Made by a program: the position numbers and the translations under genes. From contig NC_043007.1 of NCBI RefSeq assembly GCF_006345805.1, positions 41,478,001-41,542,000 of the forward strand: DNA of 64,000 bases, written 5' to 3'. The stretch's first letter is position 1; every line of letters starts with the position of its first letter. Under the pieces are notes generated by a model. That model made no database searches and was not told where the DNA came from. It saw only the letters and a list, made by a program, of their open reading frames with translations. This stretch comes from Octopus sinensis (Eukaryota). This document shows, piece after piece, positions 54,770 through 64,000 of this stretch.

Positions 54770-55080
54770 TAAAGGATAAAGACTCCCTTCAGTCATGAAT
54801 GCCCATGGGATTGCACCAAGAAGGTTTCCATCAAAGGCACAAGTCCAGGCAAGACCAGTAGTTGCCTATGCATACTAGCCTCTCCTCTCCATGCCACCAA
54901 TGTTATCCAAGGGAAAGGCATCAGTGATGTTGCAACTTGTTTCTACAGCTGAGTGAACTGGAGCAATGTGAAATAAAGTGTCTTGCTCAAGAATACAACA
55001 CACAGCCCAGTCCAGGAATCGAACTCACTACCACATGATTGTGAACCCAAAGCTCTAACCACTGAGCCATGCACCTTCAC
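54770..55080 (-). mobile_element. tRNA-derived SINE family C variant
   Basis: Head gtgaaggtgcatggctcagtggttagagc; shared ttgctccagttcactcagctg core with a different tail. Confidence 0.8.
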
Positions 55081-56412
55081 AATGTACAGAGAATTAACAA
55101 ATACATTATTATTTAGATTCTCACTTTTTTGTATGTTCTTCATGAATTTTTACCAGTTTGATAGACAACAGCACACCCCAGCAAATAATGCATTTACTGA
55201 TTTCTATAAACAAGAGTTAGTATTCTTGCTAGATTCATTAATCCAGGGATAGTTTTGAATGAGGAAGCATGCAATAAGGCTGTAACACCACAATGTCACA
55301 AAGTTTCCTTACATCAATGAACTGCATGTGTTATGAATACAAATCATCTAAAGAGAAAAGGTATTCTCTCATGATGAAAAACAACAGTTAATCAGAAATT
55401 TCCATTCAGATCTGTAGAGAATGAACAGGTACATTATTGTTTTGATTCTCTCTGTTCTGCTTGCACCTCATAAATTATAAATAACATTTAATTTTTTCAA
55501 GTCATTTTAAATCAAGAAAATATATAAAATATTTATTCAATATTTTCATTTGGTTTTATAAAACTTTTTGAAAACAAAAAGCAACTTTAAAAAAAAAATA
55601 AACAAAGAGAAAAAAAACAAACAAAAATATGGCATTTTCCAGGCACTGGAAATATATAAAAAAAAGAAGCAATTTTAAAATTTGCTTAAAAAATATTACT
55701 TCACACACAGTTCAAATAGTACTAATCAAATTTTTAATATAACAGTGAAACATTTTCATGGCAATGAAATGACCAACAAGGAAAATCAAACCAGAGCTGA
55801 AAATTGTGCCATTTTATAGTTTTACACATAATTCTTATTCATTATGAGTTTTTGTTTTTTATTTGTTTTTGGTATTTTCTTTAAAGTTTTAACAATTTCT
55901 TGCGTCTGAAATGTTGATTTTTTTTTTGTTTTTTTCCTCTGGTAAATTTGTGGCCTCAGTAATGTGTTATACAGAATTTCCATACACACATTCCTGTACT
56001 ATCATACACACTCAGAATATACATATATATTCGCACAAATAAAGAAAAAAAAATCACAAATACAATTTCAGTCAAAGACAGACAAACATAGATAAAAATT
56101 CAAAAAAGTACATGTAAACATTTACAGGCAAATATAAATACAGGTGCAGACAGACACAAACAGTCACACAAATACAGGAACAAACACCTTATACACACAA
56201 CATAATTAAACGGAAATATACCAACAAGAAAATAAAAGCAAACAAAAAAGACTGAATGTGTGCAAGCATAGACATAAAGTTAAAATGTTCACTTTGTAAC
56301 TATGGTTCTAGCTTTGAAATTACTGTGTGGTAGAACATTGATAAGCTTACCCTGTAGCCTCAGGTCGACCAATGTCAGAGGAATTTGGTAGTCAGAAACT
56401 ATATAGAAGCCG

Positions 56413-56890
56413 AAGGCAGCAAGCTGGCAGAAACGTTAGGATGCCGGGCAAAATGCGTAGTGGTATTTTGACTGCTGCTACATTCTGAGTTCAAATTCCG
56501 AGGTCGACTTTGCCTTTCATCCTTTCGGGGTCAATTAAATAAGTACCAGTTACACACTGGGGTCAATATATATTTCTTTACTGCCCACAAGGGGCTAAAC
56601 ACAGAGGGGACAAACAAGGACAGACAAAGGGAATAAGTCGATTACATCGACCCCAGTGCGAAACTGGTACTGTATTTATCGATCCCGAAAGGATGAAAGG
56701 CACAGTTGACCTCGGTGGAATTTGAACTCAGAACGTAACGGCAGACAAAATACGGCTACGCATTTCGCCCGGTGTACTAACGTTTCTGCCAGCTCGTCGC
56801 CTTGACTGGGGTCAATATAATCGACTTAATCCCTTTGTCTGTCCTTGTTTGTCTCCTCTGTATGAAGCCCCTTGTGAGCAGTAAAGAAAT
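56413..56890. mobile_element. SINE B (+) interrupted by an antisense SINE B (56572-56803), itself inside a SINE A remnant
   Basis: Inner TSD actggggtcaatata at 56556-56570 and 56805-56819; outer TSD-like agaaactatata(g/a)aagcc at about 56394 and 56892. Confidence 0.92.
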
Positions 56891-57213
56891 AAGAAACTAT
56901 ATAAAAGCCCATCATACGTGTGTGTGTGAATATCATCATTTAGTGTCTGTTTTCAATGTTGACATGGGTTACATGGCTTAACTGGAACTGGTAAGCCAGA
57001 GAATTTCACCAGATTCCAGTCTGTTTTGACTTGGTTTCTACAGCTGGATGCACTTCTTAATGCTGTCCACTCCATAGAGTGTACTGGTTGCCTTTTATGT
57101 GTCACTGGCACAGGTACCTCACATGTGCCACCAGCACAGCCCACAACTATGATTTTACTAAGCTCAACATATCTTCTCAAGCATAGCAAACTGCAAAAAA
57201 TCTCACTCACTTA

Positions 57214-57258
<45 letters not shown>

Positions 57259-57263
<5 letters not shown>

Positions 57264-57450
57264 GAGGGAATATTATTCCAAACTTACAGGGAAAAATTCA
57301 ATTTAGAAATACTAAATCAAATTTCACACACACACGCACATATATATATATATATATTATATATATATATATAATATGAGGGAATATTATTCCAAACTTA
57401 CAGGGAAAAATTCAATTTAGAAATACTAAATCAAATTTCACACACACACG

Positions 57451-57460
<10 letters not shown>
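57259..57460. repeat. Exact tandem duplication (period 114) of a TA-embedded repeat fragment
   Basis: aatatgagggaatattattccaaacttacagggaaaaattcaatttagaaatactaaatcaaatttcac occurs twice; a near-identical copy lies at about 22815-22880. Confidence 0.88.
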
Positions 57461-57526
<66 letters not shown>

Positions 57527-59762
57527 TAACATTTGATATCCACTTTTCTGGGCAAGCATTTGTTCTGGGCAGAATTTGTTTGCCACAGTAGAAGAAAACC
57601 TGCTTAAGGTGCACAGAGTGACACTGGACCACATAAAAATACACACAGAAATAGACACACATACACATGCACACACATATATACATACAAGGAAACAAAT
57701 AATTTAACCTATCATGTTCAGTAAACAGTTATCTCTTCAATTAAATTTTACAAACAGAATCAACAACAATATTGACTTGTCAGAGGATTTGAACTTATAG
57801 AAAAACAAAATACTCCCTTTGTATAAGCATCTACAATTGTTAATTACAGTTGAATAACAAGTCCCCTATTTAATGAAGTGGGAAAGTCAAAGGTCCATAT
57901 TCTCTCACCGGTATTATTCAGTGTCTGCTACAAAAACACTTCACTTTTGTAAACCCAGTCTCTTTAACTGTACAGAGAGGAGGCACATTTCACTACTGTA
58001 ACTCAGTTAGCCCTAACAGGTGTAAATAAATACCATGGGTGAATTGATACAGCATACTGCTGGTCAAGTCCATCCATGATATACTTACAGGGTCCTTAGA
58101 GTACATATTTGCCAGTTACAAATTAAATTAAAGAGACCTGTATATTTTTAACTGATTTCCATCCACTTTTTCATAATGAATTTATTTCTACATAATTTCA
58201 CACACAGACTTATAACTGACAAGGAAAGAGCACATCATTGTCATGTGTGTGAGTTTTCTGTTAGTTCCTTTGTCCAGCTTCTGTTTTAATTTTCGAAACT
58301 TATATACATATACATACACAAACATACATGCAGACTTACATATATACATTTAATCGATGGCATCTATGCTGCATAAAACAATTGTTAAAATAGTATCGAT
58401 GAAATGAGCAAGCCAAAAAAAAAAAATGAATTAGAAAGGCATCGGAGGGATGATGCATACCCTGCACACAGAAATTTTTTCACAAATTATAGTGTGGCTT
58501 ACAATGCATTGCTTACCCATGTTGTTTAATTGAACTGAATTAAGCTTTGTAAGTGTTTGACTAAACTTGCTTATTGGGAAATTTCTAAGTTTGATTTAAA
58601 ATTTTTATTTTTTTTATTTTTGAAGTATCACCATTATAGGTGAAATTAATTTCACCAGTGAAATTAAGAAATCAACTCATAAGTGAAACCCTTGAACCCA
58701 TCACTGTACACACACAGAGTTGCATATCTATGTATGTCTTTATCTAAGTCTGAAGATAATCAAACCAAATTTTCATCATTTTGAACCACTCACCAAATGA
58801 GTATTTCTGCCAAATTTGATGAAAATCTGTTCAGCCATTTTCCAGTTATTTTACAGACACTGACAAAGATGAATGAATACAATACCGTGCCTTCACTTAT
58901 GTACACAGGGTAAAAATGTAAAGGAATTTGTGTTAGAACTTTGTAGTAAACTGATTGTATTAGAATTTTGCAGTAATCAGTATAGTTAACTCTTTTGATA
59001 TCAATTGTCTGAGACTGCCTCTCATCCTATGATGTAAATTTCCTGTCTTAAAGTGACCTAACTTAAAGATTTCCATTAAAATTTCATGTTAATTTATGTT
59101 TTAGATACCAGTTTGATAACGACAAAATTAATTTACTGGCTTCTCTATTATTTTCAAAATTATTAGAAATAAAGGCAGTGTGGTCTAGCAGAAATATGGT
59201 AACAAATAAGTTAAACTCAAAGAACTGCTGCCAATGTTTTGATTTTCATGGGGTCAGAGATTATTTCAAGCAATAGCAGCATTGCATAATGGTGGTGTTG
59301 TTTCATAGGATTTTAAAAGAAAAAAATGTTTTTGGTTTATTTTTATAGAAAATATCAGTTTTCTTTTTTCACAGCAATTTATATTTTCTTCCAATAGACA
59401 GACTTTGTATATCGGTTATGAGGAGTTTCATTATTTACAGAAGAATTTTTCTTTCAATTATCACACACATACACATATATATATATATATGTGCATACAA
59501 ATATATTCATAAATACATATGTATATTACACATATACATATGTCTACACACATATATATATACACACATATATATGTACACATAAACACACATATATATA
59601 TACACAAACACACACACACATACATATATACACATATAAACACGCACATATACATACATAAACATATATCTGTCTACACATATACATATCTATACATATA
59701 AACATATCTTTAACTACACATATACACATCTACATATCTACACATATATACATACATATATA

Positions 59763-61000
59763 CAGGAGTTGGACAAAATAACAGAAACACCTCGCATCAT
59801 AATTTTGAAATATCTATAAAACCGTCAAAAGCTTGTTTATTTTTATGGTTTTTGATTTATTATTAGTGTTGCTTAATATGTTTTGATAAAATTGCTGTTT
59901 CTTTTCAGATATTATCAGAAAAAGGTAATTAAAATTCATTAAAATGACAGATCTATCAGACTTTCAAAGAGGTCAAATTGTTGGTGCTCGTATGGCTGAA
60001 AGCAGCTGAAATGTTTGGTGTATCAAGAAGTATTGTCTCAAAAATAATGACAGCCTTTGAGAATGAGGGAAAAACCTCCTCATCAAAAAACTCCGGAAGA
60101 AAACCAAAACTTTCAGATAGGGACTGTCGGACTCTTACGCAAATTGTTAGAAAGGATCACAAAAGTACAGCTCCCAAAATTACTACAGAGCTTAATGACC
60201 ACAAAAGAACCCAGTTCCCACAAAAACTGTTCACTTGGAGCTGCACAAAGCCAGATTTCATGGGAGGGCTGCAATCAGAAAACCACTACTTTCAAAAACA
60301 AACATTGCAGAACGTTTAGAGTGAAGTAAAAACCTACAGAATTGGTCCCTAGAGCAGTGGAAGAATGTTATTTTCTCAGACAAGTCATCCTTTACCTGAT
60401 TTCCAACCACCAGGCAAGTATACATGTGGAGACAGCCAAAAGAAGCATTTGACCCAAACTGCCTTCTTCCAACTGTTAAACATGGAGGAGGATCTGTGAT
60501 GATCTGGAAGGCTATATCTGGGAAATCCACTGGCCCATGGTTTCCCTTCATGGCAGAATTAATAGTCAAGACTATTTAAGCATTTTATCTCATCAAATTC
60601 ATCCTATGGTTGTGGAACTGTTTCTTGAGAGAAACACAATCTTTCAGGATGATAATTCACACAGCTAAAATTGTTACTGAATGGCACGAGGAACATTCTG
60701 GTGAAGTTGAACATCTTATCTGGCCACCACAGTCCCCAGATCTCAATATTATTGAACATTTATGGTCCATTTTAGAAAAACAAGTAAGGAGTTGATATCC
60801 TCCACCATCATCACTACAAGAGCTGGAGACTGTTTTAGCTGAAGAATGGACAAAAATTCCTTTGGAAACAATTCAACCTTTGTACAAGTCCATACCTCAT
60901 AGAATTCAAGCTGTAATTACTGCCAAAGGTGGTCCTATCCCATATTAAAATAAATTTGTCTGAAATTTTAAGGTGTTTCCATTATTTTGTCCAATCCCTG
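59763..61000 (+). mobile_element. Full-length, disabled Tc1/mariner transposon (probable DD36E/Incomer type)
   Basis: TA TSDs at 59761-59762 and 61001-61002; 30-bp TIRs with 26/30 matches; transposase relic 59944-60948: MTDLSDFQRGQIVGARM...WKNVIFSDKSSF...VKHGGGSVMIW...FQDDN...WPPQSPDLNIIEHLW...AKGGPIPY*, with frameshifts and stops. Confidence 0.93.
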
Positions 61001-61117
61001 TATATGCATGCATACATGCATAATACATACATACAAATATATTGATACATACATGCATACATACACACATATACGCATACATACATGCATATATATATAT
61101 ATATCCCACACACACAA

Positions 61118-61156
<39 letters not shown>

Positions 61157-61480
61157 TACAAACACACAAATGTATATATGTACACATATTTATACATATA
61201 TAGACATACATATATACATGCATATTTATACATATATACATACTTACATATATACATATTTTATGATTTCACTTAGACATAGTGATACTAATAATCAGTT
61301 GTTAGAACTCAATAATGCTTTAGAGTAGTGTCAGGTGATTACAGAGTATAATACTAATTAATGACAAAAGAACAGTTACATAATCATCTCCATTAGCTTA
61401 CACCTGTAAACTAATGAAGGTAATTAGGTAATTCCTATGCTTTTGTCAATCATTTATAATATATATATATATATATATAT

Positions 61481-61594
61481 AAATACAGTGTACATTTAAA
61501 CACATAAGAGATGCTCATAACAGGACATATGACCCGCTAGAAGGAGTAGTCCTGTTATAGCCATCTCTTATGTGCTTAAATGCACACTGTATTT
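61481..61594. repeat. 46-bp-arm hairpin at the end of a TA-embedded repeat
   Basis: Arms 61481-61526 and 61549-61594, about 5 mismatches, 22-nt loop; (TA)n at 61459-61480 and about 61702-61725. Confidence 0.85.
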
Positions 61595-61702
61595 TTATAT
61601 GAATAATATATAGTCTATTGACTAGTTTTTTCCTCTCGCTAGACCACTGGAAGCAAAGAAATTTTCTAAATTTTTTTGCTACCCTGGAATTTATTAATGA
61701 TG

Positions 61703-61736
<34 letters not shown>

Positions 61737-61937
61737 GCACAAATATATATTGTATATATATTTCAGGCTGATAAGTAGTTAGTGGAGTACCCCTCATTGA
61801 ATAATTATTATTTCCAAGGATCTGCTGGCTAGGAAACATATGCAGTCTAGAATTTACCTGCTCCATTTTCTACACTTAGATCCTAGATCCTTGTATCTTA
61901 CAATTACATATCATTATATATATATATATATATATAA

Positions 61938-61968
<31 letters not shown>

Positions 61969-62603
61969 GCTGTTTGCTTTGGTTGCTTTGGTCTTTCTGC
62001 ACCACAGTGATATTGAACAGATGGATATTGGATATCCTAAGAAGTGACAGAAGACTTGAAAAGCCAATGTATTTATAAACTATATACATAATAAAAATAT
62101 ATACTAAAACAAAAAGTACACCTTCTTGATATAAACATTATTATATTATGCTTGTCATATTTGATAAGTCTATAGATATAAACATTATCAAGTTTCTCAT
62201 ATTGTAAATTCAAGTAAGGTTAATGTATTGTAATATACAGAAGCAATAAAATGCATATACATGATACTCTGTTTGCAAGCAGTGTTACAAAATGATAAAA
62301 AGAACTCGATACATAAAGTAGAGTAACTTAGTTTTTTGCTTTTGCTATTGTTAGAATTCACCAAATCATTATTTTTTATATTTTGCCGATATGCCATCAG
62401 ATGACTGCCTCTTTGGCTTGAAACCTGAAATAATAGAACAGTAGGCAAATCCAACAATAATATTATACATGTGTGTGAGTATGTGTAAGTGTGTATATAT
62501 GTATATGCATTTCCCTCTTCCTGCTTTGTCTTGGTAAAAATACTCCCATTCGTCTATGGCTTTTCGTGAGTACTGTACATATTGTCCAACAAAAGACACA
62601 TAA

Positions 62604-62768
62604 TCAGGATTTCTTCGGGCAAAGCCAAAGATGAATATAACACACTTTATCCATGGAGCCTGAGGGATAATGACCATAACATTTACACTGGTACTGATTG
62701 TTTTGCTCTCTCAGTTGCGTCGACAGACCGTGATAAACAGAGCATGTAGCTGACATCACAATATAGTT
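62604..62768 (-). CDS. Probable terminal coding exon of an unidentified gene extending beyond the right edge (NYIVMSATCSVYHGLSTQLREQNNQYQCKCYGHYPSGSMDKVCYIHLWLCPKKS*)
   Basis: Very strong acceptor (catctgtttttctttctctgtttccctttcag|) at 62769-62770. Only phase 0 stays open (54 codons + TGA); the other two frames stop at codon 4 and codon 28. Non-repetitive, followed by AT-rich UTR-like sequence. Family not recognised. Confidence 0.55.
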   Translation of the reverse strand, partial: NYIVMSATCSVYHGLSTQLREQNNQYQCKCYGHYPSGSMDKVCYIHLWLCPKKS

Positions 62769-64000
62769 CTGAAAGGGAAACAGAGAAAGAAAAACAGATG
62801 ACAACACATGAAACAGTAAACACACATGAACAAAGCTTCTATATCAAGTATGGGTAACATTTTTTTTTACCAAGGAGTGGCTCGCATGAGACATGGTGTA
62901 TCTTTTATCTTTTACTTGTTTCAGTCATTAGACTGCAGCCCCGTTGGGGCACCATCTTGAAGGGTTTTAGTCAAACAAATTGACCCTAGGAATTATTTTT
63001 TGAAGCCTAGTATTTATTCTATTGGTCTCTTTTGCCAAACTACTAAGTTACGAGGATGTGAACACATCAAGACTGGTTGTCAAGTGTTGGTGTGAGACAA
63101 ACACAAAATCACACACATATATAAACGTACAATGGACTTCTTTCAGTTTTCATCGACCAAATCCACTCACAAGGCTTTGGTTGGTTAGAAGACACTTGCC
63201 CAAGGTGCCATGCAGAAGGGGCTGATCCCAGAACTATCTGGTTGGGTGGCAAGCTTCTTACCACACAGACATGCCAGTGCCTACTAAAAAAAAAAATAAA
63301 GGTAATTTTTCATTAGGTGTTCAGAAAGCCCATTATGGTTGCTCAACAAGATAGCTTAGTTTGCAGGAAATGGTAGTGAAATCTCTGAGTTTAAAGAAGG
63401 GTATATAGGGTAGTTTTAACTACACTCTCTCTTTTCAGGCCTCATGTATACAGGCACTGGTAATCACAGATTTCTATAGCAAAATCTGAAGATTCATAGT
63501 AGTTTCCTAGTAGTTGGTATATTTACAGCTAATCTCTTAGTTTCCTAAAATTACTGACATTTTTGCAAAATCGTTATTATTCTTTTAACCCTTTTTGTTA
63601 CAAATCCACCCAAGACTGTCACTTGGTTTCTCTGATGAAAAAAAAAATCGTTTTTATAGTGATATAAATTTAAAAATTTCCATTAAATTTTATTAACCTA
63701 GGTTCCAAACACCAGCTTAATAACAAAGTTATTTTACTAAAATCTCAATTATTTTGTAAATTAACTGAAACAAAGGCATGTATTTAGGCATGGCTGTGTG
63801 GTAAGAAGCTCCTTTCCCAATCACACAGTTCTGGGTTCAGTCCCACTGCATGGCACCTTGGGCAACACTTTTCTACTAGAGACCTAGGCTGAATAGTCGT
63901 ACGAATGGATTAGGTATATACTCTTTTACTCTTTTACTTGTTTCAGTCATCTGACTGCGGCCATGCTGGAGCACCACCTTTTTTAATCGAGCAACTCGAC

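Noticed and set aside
1536-61328. Dozens of 60-180 aa ORFs rich in YI/CV/HT/SL/II
   Set aside because: They are translations of (TA)n, (TG)n, (CA)n, (CT)n and (ATT)n microsatellites, which lack stop codons.
62369-62677. 102-aa minus ORF overlapping the orphan exon
   Set aside because: This frame is closed just after the acceptor, runs into a TG/TA repeat, and is best explained as an alternative frame of exon plus UTR.

Overview
AT-rich, repeat-saturated eukaryotic DNA. The repeat repertoire (tRNA-headed SINEs, RTE and CR1 LINE relics, TA/CA/CT microsatellites) looks like an octopus/coleoid cephalopod genome; this is an inference from memory, not a database match. One well-supported gene: a 3-coding-exon CCSAP homologue (centriole, cilia and spindle-associated protein; + strand, 32947-37735, 233 aa), assembled by hand with canonical, phase-compatible splice sites. 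A probable terminal coding exon of a second, unidentified minus-strand gene lies at 62604-62768. Nearly all other ORFs in the supplied track are microsatellite or transposon read-through. Mobile DNA includes a full-length but disabled Tc1-like element with a likely DD36E (Incomer-type) triad, mariner relics, an R4/Dong-like fragment flanked by (ATT)n, a Helitron-like non-autonomous element, piggyBac-like MITEs and many SINEs with intact target-site duplications. The most notable structural theme is repeated fold-back architecture: two inward-facing mariner 5' ends inside a CCSAP intron, a SINE inserted antisense into its own family, an inverted CR1 pair, and several (TA)n-anchored palindromes. 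I found no evidence for a wholly new multi-gene system, rRNA, true tRNA genes or CRISPR. Repeat boundaries and identities were read by eye and are approximate.
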